Below, piece by piece: positions 8,682-18,112 of a stretch of DNA of 64,000 nucleotides (its first letter is position 1; each line of letters begins with the position of its first letter). The position numbers were made by a program, and so were the translations under genes. The stretch is from an uncultured Clostridia bacterium (lineage in GTDB: Bacteria; Bacillota; Clostridia; Christensenellales; UBA1242): assembly GCA_944377365.1 (NCBI GenBank), contig CALWEQ010000008.1:1480-65479 (forward strand), written 5' to 3'. The notes beneath the pieces are model-generated. The model saw only the letters and a list, made by a program, of their open reading frames with translations. It was not told where the DNA came from and did no database searches.

Positions 8682-9435
8682 CTTCTAAAAATCTTTTTTC
8701 ATCAAAATCAACAACTTCTATATTTTTTCTAGACCGTTTAAAATGTTTGTATGCGAATTTGCTTTTACCAATGAATATCGGTGCTAATTTGTTAATTGAC
8801 CATATGGTGCAATGCACACAATATTTTTTGGCAATACATTTCACTCCTTTAGCCATATGTTTATAAAAGTATTTTTCGGAAGAATCGTTTGTGTTTCTTC
8901 CTGTAAGTTTAGCTCGTTTTAAAACCAATGCTTTTGAAATCAAAATATTGACGGACATTATTTGCAAGCTTATTTTGTAATTTTGTTTTTTTGCAGTTTT
9001 TAACACATAGTTTTCGAAGCAGAGTTTTAAAAAAGAGATTTCTAGTATAATATCAAGTCCACATTCTAGACTGCGCTTTAAGACATAAAAAAGAACTTTT
9101 AAAGCAAAACCATTTGTTTTTTCTCTAAAATCCTTGTCTTGTGCAAGTTTTGATGCTAGGGGATGAAGATGTGCAAAATTTCTAACTGCAAGATGTAAAG
9201 GCCTTATATTTTGCTTATTGCAGTAATTTTGAGTTGCTTTTAAAAGTTGTGAAGTCTTGCCCGTTCCACTTTGACCTGTTAGCCAAAACAATCTTTTGCC
9301 TTTACTACAATCGATTTTTAGATTTTGAAAATATTTCTCGCCTACTGCAAAAATAGTTTTGTCATCGGTGTCATCTTTCCAAATGCTGTGCTTTATAAAT
9401 TTAAATGTTTTATTAAAATTGTCCATAAAAAACAT
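8635..9435 (-). CDS. Zeta-toxin/PezT-like P-loop kinase
   Basis: Walker A GQSGTGKT, F..LHP, GLDIILE, KRA..TGR; 3' end overlaps the APH gene by 47 bp. Confidence 0.65.
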   Translation of the reverse strand: MFFMDNFNKTFKFIKHSIWKDDTDDKTIFAVGEKYFQNLKIDCSKGKRLFWLTGQSGTGKTSQLLKATQNYCNKQNIRPLHLAVRNFAHLHPLASKLAQDKDFREKTNGFALKVLFYVLKRSLECGLDIILEISFLKLCFENYVLKTAKKQNYKISLQIMSVNILISKALVLKRAKLTGRNTNDSSEKYFYKHMAKGVKCIAKKYCVHCTIWSINKLAPIFIGKSKFAYKHFKRSRKNIEVVDFDEKRFLEAKKMILEVVYQDVFS

Positions 9436-9532
9436 TTATTCAAAATAAACAAAGAAAGTGCATGTTTATGAAAGATCAAACATCAAGATATAAAAAAAAC
9501 AAATCTTCGTAAAAACTCCGATTTGCTTTTTT

Positions 9533-9615
9533 TGGTGCGGCTAAGAGGATTTGAACCTCCACGGTTTCCCACTGGAACCTAAATCCAGCGCGTCTGCCAG
9601 TTCCGCCATAGCCGC
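9533..9615 (-). tRNA. tRNA-Leu, anticodon UAG
   Basis: GCGGCTATGGCGGAACTGGCAGACGCG CTGGA TTTAGGT TCCAG TGGGAAACCGT GGAGG TTCAAAT CCTCT TAGCCGC A CCA; long variable arm. Confidence 0.95.
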
Positions 9616-9762
9616 AAAACACGTTTTGAGCACAGCTCAAAACAAAGCTTTCAGCTTTAAAAGCCTTTGGCTTTGTGTTTTGCGCTGTTGCTTCGCCCAT
9701 TTTTAATCAAATGTTGCAGACGCACCGCTTGTTAAAAATGTGCTTGCAATATGCCGCAAAAC
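9611..9762. other. Structured ~130-bp insert bounded by a 10-bp direct repeat at the tRNA-Leu 5' end
   Basis: gccgcaaaac at 9611-9620 and 9753-9762; internal inverted repeats gttttgagc/gctcaaaac, gcaaaacac/gtgttttgc, catttttaa/ttaaaaatg. Confidence 0.6.
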
Positions 9763-9960
9763 TTTTAAATTTGATGTTTACAAAGCTTACAACAAAATAA
9801 AATTATTTAGGTGAAACTTTAACGATGTAATTTTAACATAAAACAAACTTAAAAGCAACAAAAAAAGTAGGAAAAAGTTTAAGAATATTGTGTTTAGCAG
9901 AGCAAATAATTTTTAAAATTGAGATTTTTTTTGTTAAATTCCATAAGTTTTTACATTTGA

Positions 9961-11058
9961 TTATCTTTGGATTATAGGATTATGTTTAGGTTTTGTTTCT
10001 CCATTTAATAATACTCGTGGTATGTTAGGATTTAAATTCTGTTCGTTAATATCATGTGCACATTTTTGTGCTAAAGTTTTATAAATATCATCCCTTTGTT
10101 GCGCTGAGGAAAAATTAGGTTTAAGTTTAGCGAGCATAACACTTATCGCAGAAGGTGTGATTTCAATATGTTGACCGTTATCAGCAATTAATTCTACCAA
10201 AGGCATATCATTTTCTATTTGCTCATCAGCAATATCGCAATTTAAAACAAAATTTGCGATGTTCTTAATGTTCTTCTTAAACATGTTTTCTATATCTGGG
10301 TGTTTTGAATGAACAAATATATCCTTTTCTGCCTGGTCAAGCTTTTCGGCATGCGCTTGAATGCAGGCCTTGCTTAAATTAACTATGGCCGTCTCATCAA
10401 TTTGTGTTGGAGAATATAAGCTCCTGTTTTCTATTAGCGTTTTTGTAATGTTTTTTCTCACAATTTTTGAGACTCTTTGCGACAACGAACCTTTTTCGCT
10501 TGATTTGTCTTCTGGGCCATAGGCATACCAACTAATTGACGTCGCTGATAGTGGGGTAGGGCCAAAGTCAGAAATAATTTCTGGATGATTTTTTTCAATA
10601 TTATCTAAAATTTTTGCATATTGTTCTAATTGTTCGTCACTTGCGTAAATTAATAAATTGTCTGTTCTATTATCTCCTCTCGCATATTTAAAATAAAACG
10701 AAACATTATTCTTTAAACATTCTTTAATAAGTTCATGAACAAATTTTGCTCTATTTTTAACCGAAGGATTGATATAAATACGATGCTTTCGTGTTTGAGA
10801 ACCATCATAGGATGCGTGTTGTACATGATAAAAACCGGGATTTGATTCACATGGCGAATAAGGTTCAAATCCTTTTTTAAAAATCTCTGGATGTTTTTGC
10901 CAAAGCGCTTTATAAATTTCAAATTCATCATGCTCATTTGAGTTTTTAAGGCGATCCTTAGTTAATGCATTATAGATTGCTGCGTAACCCAAGCTAGGAT
11001 TTTTTGTAAATTCTCTAAATACATATTTTATGTTTACTATATTATCAATTAAATCCAC
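9961..11058 (-). CDS. Orphan protein with a HopA1-like N-terminal domain
   Basis: HRIYINP...FVHEL......VSFYFKY....RTDNLLIY pattern; GTG start with GAGGAG RBS and TTGACA-17-TATAAT promoter (11104-11132). Confidence 0.55.
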   Translation of the reverse strand: MDLIDNIVNIKYVFREFTKNPSLGYAAIYNALTKDRLKNSNEHDEFEIYKALWQKHPEIFKKGFEPYSPCESNPGFYHVQHASYDGSQTRKHRIYINPSVKNRAKFVHELIKECLKNNVSFYFKYARGDNRTDNLLIYASDEQLEQYAKILDNIEKNHPEIISDFGPTPLSATSISWYAYGPEDKSSEKGSLSQRVSKIVRKNITKTLIENRSLYSPTQIDETAIVNLSKACIQAHAEKLDQAEKDIFVHSKHPDIENMFKKNIKNIANFVLNCDIADEQIENDMPLVELIADNGQHIEITPSAISVMLAKLKPNFSSAQQRDDIYKTLAQKCAHDINEQNLNPNIPRVLLNGETKPKHNPIIQR

Positions 11059-11400
11059 TGTAACTCCTCAAAATTGTAATTTTTTAGATTAATTTATAAC
11101 ATAATTATAAATATATTTTTATAATTTGTCAACATACCTGTTATATTAATCAACAGCTCTTTAAAATGATTTTGCGAATAATTTTTATCAAGCAACAGAA
11201 AAAATATTTTTTATTTTTGATTTACAGAATTATATGATAAAAATTAAAAGAGCCGATTTTTGATTTGTTGTTAAACATATGCTTGAAATTCTTAATTGTC
11301 AAATAAAACCTATAAAGGTTTTTACCATTATTTTTTTAAAATATATTTTAAAAAATTTGTATTTTTAGCTTTAACATAAATAAAATGCAACAATTCAACA

Positions 11401-11423
11401 AAAAAAGCGGAAAGATATCCGCT
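11401..11423 (-). terminator. Terminator after cysS
   Basis: gcgga-aagata-tccgc hairpin preceded by an A run (U tract on the minus strand). Confidence 0.65.
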
Positions 11424-12781
11424 TATTTTCTTATAATTTCGTAATCATTTGCTGAATCTTTAATCAAAAAACCTTTTTTGAAGATTTCTTCACGTAAAGC
11501 ATCTGCTTTTTGAAAGTCTTTGTCTTGTTTTGCTTCCCATCTTTCTTTTGCCAGTTTTTGTATGTCTGCCGGGATTATGTCGCCAAGGAAATCAAAACCT
11601 AACACAGAGTTAAATTTCATTATTAGGTCATAAATTCGTTTGTCTCTTGGTAGCTTTAAAACCTGCCAAATCACACCCAACGCCTTCGGCATATTGACAT
11701 CGTCATTAATTGCCTCTAGGAAAGCTTCTTCAACCTTTTGAGGCTTAATTTTGGTTGTTTCGCCGGCAATTTTGTGTTCGTTGACTATTGCTTTTAAAGA
11801 TCGCAAAGCATTTTTTGCCGCTTCTAAAGCTTCCCAAGTAAAGTTTTGCTGTTTTGCGTAGTGAGTTGTAAAAAAGAAATAACGATAGTCTTCTGGAGAA
11901 AAACCTTTCTTTTGTAAATCTGACAATTTATAAACATTGCCAAGTGATTTGCTCATCTTCTTTGAGTTTACAAGCAAATGTTCAAGGTGCATCCAAATTT
12001 TGACCACCTGATGTCCAGCATAGCAATCGTCTTGCGCAATTTCGTTTTCATGGTGTACTGTTCTATGCTCAACGCCACCAGTGTGTATGTCAATTTTGTC
12101 GCCAAGATATTTCATTCCAATTGTGCTACATTCTATATGCCAACCTGGGTATCCTTTGCCCCATGGGCTATCCCATTTCATTATATGATTTTTTGGAGCT
12201 TTGATCCATAAGGCAAAATCTGCAGGATGTCGTTTTTCGTCATCAACTTCTATTCTTGCACCGGCAAGTTTGTCTTCCAAATCTGTACCACCGAGCTTGC
12301 CATATTCTGGGAAAGTCGAAATATCAAAATAAATACCCTTTGAAGTTTCGTAAGCATTGCCCTTTTCTAACAATGTTTTAACAAAAACAATGATTTCTGG
12401 TATGACGGTTGTTGCGGGGCAGATATGCTCAGGCAAGTCAATGTTAAGTTTTTTCATTTCGCCCATAAATATGTCGGTGTAATATTCGGCAATTTCTTGT
12501 GGTGATTTATTTTCGCGTTCACTAGCCACAATCATTTTGTCTTCGCCTTCATCTTCGTCGCTTGTCATATGTCCTACGTCAGTTATGTTCATGACCCCAT
12601 CAATTTTTAAACCGTTGTATTTTAAGATTCGACGCAAAGCGTCCATAAACAAATATGCACGCATATTGCCGATGTGGGGATAACTATAAACGGTAGGACC
12701 ACATGAATACATTTTTACTGTGTTGTCATCAAAAGTTACTTCTTCTTTTTTTCTAGTTAAAGAGTTATATAAACTTATCAT
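11423..12781 (-). CDS. cysS: Cysteine--tRNA ligase
   Basis: CGPTVY..PHIGN, DFALW, PGWHIECS, HHENE, KMSKS. Confidence 0.97.
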   Translation of the reverse strand: MISLYNSLTRKKEEVTFDDNTVKMYSCGPTVYSYPHIGNMRAYLFMDALRRILKYNGLKIDGVMNITDVGHMTSDEDEGEDKMIVASERENKSPQEIAEYYTDIFMGEMKKLNIDLPEHICPATTVIPEIIVFVKTLLEKGNAYETSKGIYFDISTFPEYGKLGGTDLEDKLAGARIEVDDEKRHPADFALWIKAPKNHIMKWDSPWGKGYPGWHIECSTIGMKYLGDKIDIHTGGVEHRTVHHENEIAQDDCYAGHQVVKIWMHLEHLLVNSKKMSKSLGNVYKLSDLQKKGFSPEDYRYFFFTTHYAKQQNFTWEALEAAKNALRSLKAIVNEHKIAGETTKIKPQKVEEAFLEAINDDVNMPKALGVIWQVLKLPRDKRIYDLIMKFNSVLGFDFLGDIIPADIQKLAKERWEAKQDKDFQKADALREEIFKKGFLIKDSANDYEIIRK

Positions 12782-12785
12782 ATTT

Positions 12786-13169
12786 TTAAATCCTTTTATT
12801 CAGATAATTAATTAATATGTCTATCGCACGTTCTGTGTCAATATCAGTAGCTCCGATATAATCATCTATTTTGTCATAAAAAGCCTGCAATTGTTGTTCA
12901 CCCTTGTCTGTTAGCCTTAAAATCCTACATCGGCGGTCGATTTCTGCATGCTCTATATTTAACAATCCTTCACGCTCTAACTCTGCGGTCAACAGTGCGA
13001 AGTTAGATTTTTTTATGCCCAACTTTTCGATGATCATGCTGACGGAGAGATTAGAATAAATTTTAGCAAAAGCCAAAACTTTAAATTTGAGCAATCCGCC
13101 ATCAGTATTTTTTTTGAGAAGGTTTTCGCACAACGCTTCTATTTCCAAAATTTTTTGTGATATTTTCAT
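12786..13169 (-). CDS. MarR family transcriptional regulator
   Basis: wHTH followed by 'DRRCRILRLTDKG'. Confidence 0.8.
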   Translation of the reverse strand: MKISQKILEIEALCENLLKKNTDGGLLKFKVLAFAKIYSNLSVSMIIEKLGIKKSNFALLTAELEREGLLNIEHAEIDRRCRILRLTDKGEQQLQAFYDKIDDYIGATDIDTERAIDILINYLNKRI

Positions 13170-13253
13170 AACTAATTATTATTATAAACATTTTTTTAAT
13201 TATGGCAAGTATTTTTGCTTGTTTTTATTGTTTTTGAGTGCTAAAATTTAAAC

Positions 13254-15485
13254 ATGAAAATTGAAGGCACTATCGAAGAAATTGTTTTCAGAAATGACGA
13301 AAACGGTTACACCGTTGCGGTGCTTTCTCATAACAAAACTCCAGTCACCATAGTCGGCAAGATGATATCTGCTAATGTTGGCGAAAACTTGATTTTAGAA
13401 GGAGAATATGTTCACAACAAAAAATTTGGATATCAATTTGCCTTTTCAAATTATGAAATAACATTGCCTCAAACTCTTGTAGGCATAGAAAAGTACTTAT
13501 CATCTGGACTTATAAAAGGTGTAGGGCCTATAACAGCAAAAAACATAGTTCAAAAATTTAAAACTGACACTTTTTCCATTATAGAAATGGCACCAGAAAA
13601 ACTTGCATTGGTTAAAGGCATAAGCAAAAATAAAGCTTATGAAATATCTGCCAAATTTTTCGAACTCAGGTCAATACAAAACGCAATAATGTTTTTGCAA
13701 GGATATGACATATCTGTAAACATGGCGCTTAAGATTTTTGATGTTTATGGCGCTAAAACAGTGGAAATTGTTCGCAATAATCCATATCGTTTAGTTGAAG
13801 ATGTTGACGGCATAGGTTTTTTAACTGCTGACAGAATAGCAAAAAACATTGGAATAGCTCTTAACAGCGCTTTTCGTGTGCGTGCAGGGATAGTGCATTG
13901 TTTGACAATTTCTACAGAAAAAAATGGAAACACTTTTTTACCGAAAGGCTTATTGTTTTCAAATGTCATGGAATTGCTTGACTATCAAGAGGAAAAATCT
14001 GATGTTTTTGATGAGGTTATGGATGAGCTAGTCGCAGACAAGACATGTATGCAATTTTGGTATGACAAACTAGAAATCATCATGTTGACAAAATATTATC
14101 GCTACGAATATTCTATTGCACAAAAACTTTGTTTACTTTCGAGTTCGGCGAATATAGATCCAACCGACGTTTCACTTGAAATAAGGTCGTTTGAAGAAAC
14201 AAACAACGTAAGTTTTCACAGCGATCAAAAGCGGGCAATTGAATGCGCCGTAAACAACGGAGTTTCAATCATAACAGGCGGGCCCGGGACGGGGAAAACG
14301 ACAATTGTAAAGTGTATTATAAGCATTTTGGCCAACAGAAAAGAGAATGTGCTTTTGTTGGCTCCAACAGGACGCGCGGCGAAAAGGCTTTCTGATAGCA
14401 CTGGTCAAGAGGCGAAAACAATACATCGAGCATTAGAAGTAAATGGTGATATTGATCGTATTGGAAGATTTGTTCACAATGAAAACAACCCTTTTGATAT
14501 AAAAAATTTTATTGTTGACGAAGTCAGTATGGTTGATGTAATGCTGATGAGTTCATTTTTAAAAGCCTTGCCAAGAGACGCAAGACTGATTTTGGTAGGT
14601 GACAAGGATCAACTTCCAAGTGTGGGGGCGGGAAATGTTTTGGGTGACATTTTGGCTAGCAAGGTGTTTCCTGTAACAATGCTAACAAAGATATATCGTC
14701 AAACAGACGACAGTCTTATTATTTCAAACGCGCAACTTATCAACAATGGGGTTATGCCAGTTATTGACAACAATTCTCGTGACTTCTTTTTTGAGCAGAA
14801 AACCGATTTAAACGAAATACATTCCTCAATAGTAGAACTAGTCACTAAAAGGATTCCTAGTTTTTTAAATATAGATTCATCTCAAATTCAAGTGTTGGCG
14901 CCACTAAAAGCAGGCATTTGTGGAATAGACAACTTAAATAGGACTTTACAAAACATATTAAATCCTGCCTTGCCAAATAAAAATGAGATTGTTTTAGGAA
15001 CGACAATATTTAGAGAAGGCGACAAAGTTATGCAGACGTCAAACGATTACAATTTGAAGTGGAACCGTCGCAATGGCTATATGTATGAAACAGGTGAAGG
15101 TGTTTTTAATGGCGACATAGGGCAAATCCACTCCATAGATTTACAAACAGGCGAAACTGTGGTGGAGTTTGAAGATGGCAGAGTCAGTACTTACGCTAGA
15201 ACAGATATTGGAGAGCTTTCACTTGCATATGCGATCACTATTCACAAATCACAGGGCTCTGAATTTGATGTTGTTGTCATACCGATTATTGCAGGCACTA
15301 GCATGATTTTGACAAGAAATCTTATTTATACGGCGGTAACGCGTGCTAAAAAGATGGTTGTTCTCGTCGGCGAAAAAAAGAATTTGCGTAGAATGGTTGC
15401 GAATGCATACACTGTTAAAAGGTTTACATTGTTAAAAAAGTTAATAATTGAGCAAAGTGAAAAAATAAAAGAGTTGTTTAATTAA
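13254..15485 (+). CDS. recD2: RecD2 (RecD/TraA-like) ATP-dependent DNA helicase
   Basis: HhH repeats (KGVGPITA, GIGFLTAD), GGPGTGKT, APTGRAA, VDEVSM, GDKDQL, TIHKSQGSE, YTAVTRAK. Confidence 0.95.
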   Translation: MKIEGTIEEIVFRNDENGYTVAVLSHNKTPVTIVGKMISANVGENLILEGEYVHNKKFGYQFAFSNYEITLPQTLVGIEKYLSSGLIKGVGPITAKNIVQKFKTDTFSIIEMAPEKLALVKGISKNKAYEISAKFFELRSIQNAIMFLQGYDISVNMALKIFDVYGAKTVEIVRNNPYRLVEDVDGIGFLTADRIAKNIGIALNSAFRVRAGIVHCLTISTEKNGNTFLPKGLLFSNVMELLDYQEEKSDVFDEVMDELVADKTCMQFWYDKLEIIMLTKYYRYEYSIAQKLCLLSSSANIDPTDVSLEIRSFEETNNVSFHSDQKRAIECAVNNGVSIITGGPGTGKTTIVKCIISILANRKENVLLLAPTGRAAKRLSDSTGQEAKTIHRALEVNGDIDRIGRFVHNENNPFDIKNFIVDEVSMVDVMLMSSFLKALPRDARLILVGDKDQLPSVGAGNVLGDILASKVFPVTMLTKIYRQTDDSLIISNAQLINNGVMPVIDNNSRDFFFEQKTDLNEIHSSIVELVTKRIPSFLNIDSSQIQVLAPLKAGICGIDNLNRTLQNILNPALPNKNEIVLGTTIFREGDKVMQTSNDYNLKWNRRNGYMYETGEGVFNGDIGQIHSIDLQTGETVVEFEDGRVSTYARTDIGELSLAYAITIHKSQGSEFDVVVIPIIAGTSMILTRNLIYTAVTRAKKMVVLVGEKKNLRRMVANAYTVKRFTLLKKLIIEQSEKIKELFN

Positions 15486-15488
15486 ATT

Positions 15489-15516
15489 AAAAAAAACAGT
15501 TTAAACTGTTTTTTTT
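15489..15516. terminator. Bidirectional terminator between convergent recD2 and mscL
   Basis: aaaaaaaacagt-ttaa-actgtttttttt. Confidence 0.7.
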
Positions 15517-16084
15517 AATCTTTTGTTTCAATCTTATCTTCTTTGGGATTTTCTGTTTCGTTTGACTTTTCAAAGTTTAAATTTTCACTTTGTTTTTTTA
15601 TCTCTTGTAAAATTTGTGAAAGAAGTTCTTCACTTGTTGGTTTCGGTGGAGGTGGAACTGGCTTGTTTCTTTCTCTCAATGCTTTTGTTGCGATGAGGAC
15701 TTCTTTTCTATTTTTTAAATTTACGCCTTCTTCTTTAAGTTGTTTTCTTTCAGCTCTTGTTGGGTATGATTTAAAAGTTTTTGTAGTAAAACCCTTTGCG
15801 GACATAACAACTTTTAATATTATAAACAAAACAAGAGCTATTAATAAAAAGTCAATGATTGCTTGCAGGAAAACGCCATATTGGATTGCAGTTCCATTTA
15901 TATAAAAAGCCAATCCTTCGACAGTGTCTGCTCCAAAAATTGAACAGATAAGAGGCATTAAAATACTGTTTACAAGAGCTGTTACTATTGCACTAAAAGA
16001 TGAACCGATTATAACGCCGACAGCTAAATCCAAAATATTTCCTCTAGAAATAAATTTTTTAAAATCACTAAAAAATTTTTTCAT
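15515..16084 (-). CDS. mscL: Large-conductance mechanosensitive channel
   Basis: DFKKFISRGNILDLAVGVIIG, YGVFLQAIIDF, P..SEELLSQI; insertion after TM2. Confidence 0.93.
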   Translation of the reverse strand: MKKFFSDFKKFISRGNILDLAVGVIIGSSFSAIVTALVNSILMPLICSIFGADTVEGLAFYINGTAIQYGVFLQAIIDFLLIALVLFIILKVVMSAKGFTTKTFKSYPTRAERKQLKEEGVNLKNRKEVLIATKALRERNKPVPPPPKPTSEELLSQILQEIKKQSENLNFEKSNETENPKEDKIETKD

Positions 16085-16166
16085 CTGTTTTCTCCTTTGA
16101 AAAAGTTTAACAAATAAATAAAAAAAAGCAAAACAATTGCTTTAATTTTTTTAATTATTTGACAAT

Positions 16167-16622
16167 TTATGCATTTGTTAGTCTTTTAATCTGCACTGGA
16201 ACGAAAAGTTTGTGTTTGTTTTTTAGAAGTTGATCATTGTTCTCTTTAAGCATTTTATTAGTTAAGATGATATGACGTTCAGCCAACAATGAAATAAAAT
16301 GTGTCAAACTTGGTTTTTCATAAGGAGACAAATATTCAAAACCGATTAAAGTGTTTATGTTTTTAAGTGTGTTTTTAAAATATGCCGATTCTAGGCTATG
16401 TCTCATAGCGCGTTCAACTGAGTCAACTTTTGCTAAAAACATTTTTGCGACCTTGGGCAAGATGCAAAGCTTGATTGATTTTAATAGTTTAGGCTCTTTT
16501 ACAGCTATCAAAATGCTTTCACATAAGAATTGATAGCCTTTTTGCGAAGATGATATTCCTATAAAAGACAAATCAGAAAAGATGTTTTTTTTGCATTTTA
16601 GCTCCAATATGATTTCTTTCAT
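16167..16622 (-). CDS. Stand-alone Spo0A C-terminal DNA-binding domain protein
   Basis: KGYQFL.E.I...LPKVAK....SVERAMRH...KPS..FI; no receiver domain. Confidence 0.8.
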   Translation of the reverse strand: MKEIILELKCKKNIFSDLSFIGISSSQKGYQFLCESILIAVKEPKLLKSIKLCILPKVAKMFLAKVDSVERAMRHSLESAYFKNTLKNINTLIGFEYLSPYEKPSLTHFISLLAERHIILTNKMLKENNDQLLKNKHKLFVPVQIKRLTNA

Positions 16623-16781
16623 TGTTGACTCCTTGATTAAACCTTTGTTGTTTTTTTAATAAAGTAATATTATTTTAATGTAACGATTTAATTTATCAAA
16701 ACAGATAAATGTACACTTTTTGTCGATTTTTTTTGCATTATAATACTTGCGAAAAAATATTTTTAATGTTAATATGTTTAT

Positions 16782-17363
16782 ATGATAATAAAATCGGTAA
16801 AGTATTTAACAAGTGTCGTCAACAAAAACAAACTTTTAAATGATGAAGTTTGTGAGTTTGCTTTTGTCGGCAGAAGTAATGTTGGCAAGTCAAGTTTGAT
16901 TAACAATTTAAGTGGAACAAAAGGGATTGCTAAAATTTCATCTACGCCTGGGGCGACAAAAATGATTAATTATTTTTCTATCAATGAAAATCAAGCTCGA
17001 TTTGTTGATCTTCCTGGATATGGATATCACAAAGCGGGTAAAAAAAATCAAAATGTTTGGTCCAAACTAGTAGAAGATTATTTATTATATTCAAGCAATT
17101 TAAAATTAGTATTGTTTTTGTTGGATATACGTCATAAGCCTAGCGAATTAGACAAAATTATGTTAAATTTTTTGTTGCAAACAAAAAGAAATTTCATTAT
17201 TGTTGCCACCAAAGCGGACAAGCTTTCAAAGGGGGCTCAACATAATGCTGTAAATAGCATAGCAAATGAATTAAATTTAAATTCTCAAATAATTTTTGCT
17301 CACAGCAGTTTAACATCACAAGGGAGAAAAGAAATTTTAGATTATCTACAAAGTTTGTTTTAA
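16782..17363 (+). CDS. engB: Ribosome biogenesis GTPase YihA/YsxC
   Basis: GRSNVGKSSLIN, PG.T, DLPGYG, DIRH, TKADK. Confidence 0.95.
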   Translation: MIIKSVKYLTSVVNKNKLLNDEVCEFAFVGRSNVGKSSLINNLSGTKGIAKISSTPGATKMINYFSINENQARFVDLPGYGYHKAGKKNQNVWSKLVEDYLLYSSNLKLVLFLLDIRHKPSELDKIMLNFLLQTKRNFIIVATKADKLSKGAQHNAVNSIANELNLNSQIIFAHSSLTSQGRKEILDYLQSLF

Positions 17364-17392
17364 AACAAGACAATTGTTTCATAATAATTTTT

Positions 17393-18112
17393 ATGAATCA
17401 AAACTTTAAGGTTTCTAAAAAAATTTTGCATAGTTTTATTGTAATTTTGGCAATTATTGTGTTTTTAGCAATAATGTATTTTATTTTGGTGTGGACAGGT
17501 CTCTGGGAAAAATTAAATTCTGTTAAAAAAATGCGAAATTTTATTTTAGATTTGGGCTTTTGGGGGAGAATAACCTTCGTTTTTTTGCAATTTTTACAAG
17601 TCACATTTATACCTATTCCGTCTACAATATTGACGATTGCAGGCTCTATTATTTATGGGCCACTACAAGGAGGGTTGTTGAGTTTGTCTGGAATATTGCT
17701 TGGCAGCATACTTGCTTTTTATTTGGGCAAAACATTTGGGAGAAAATTGGTTACGTTCATGGTGGGCGAAGAAAGTTGTAAAAAATGGGTAAACTTTTTG
17801 TCAAAAGCAAGATACACCTTTTTTTTCATGATGTTGCTACCGATGTTCCCAGACGATGTTTTGTGTCTTGTTGCGGGAATAACAAGCATGAGTTGGGCTT
17901 TTTTTGTTTTAACGAATTTGATTACAAGACCAATTGGAATTTTTGTTACCAGTTATTTAGGAAGCGGAGAATTGATTCCTTATCATGGATGGGGGCTAGT
18001 CGTGTGGGCAATAATTTTAGTCGCAGTCGGCATACTTATGTGGCTTGTTACTAAATATGACAAAAGAATAGAAAATTTTTTTGTTCGACTGTTTAGAAAA
18101 AACAAAAAGTGA
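17393..18112 (+). CDS. TVP38/DedA (SNARE-associated, VTT) membrane protein
   Basis: LQVTFIPIP, G..LAFYLGK.FGR, LLPMFPDD..C..AG. Confidence 0.85.
   Translation: MNQNFKVSKKILHSFIVILAIIVFLAIMYFILVWTGLWEKLNSVKKMRNFILDLGFWGRITFVFLQFLQVTFIPIPSTILTIAGSIIYGPLQGGLLSLSGILLGSILAFYLGKTFGRKLVTFMVGEESCKKWVNFLSKARYTFFFMMLLPMFPDDVLCLVAGITSMSWAFFVLTNLITRPIGIFVTSYLGSGELIPYHGWGLVVWAIILVAVGILMWLVTKYDKRIENFFVRLFRKNKK

Noticed and set aside
9476-9700. 74-aa ORF in the track
   Set aside because: It spans tRNA-Leu and the hairpin insert, so it is spurious.
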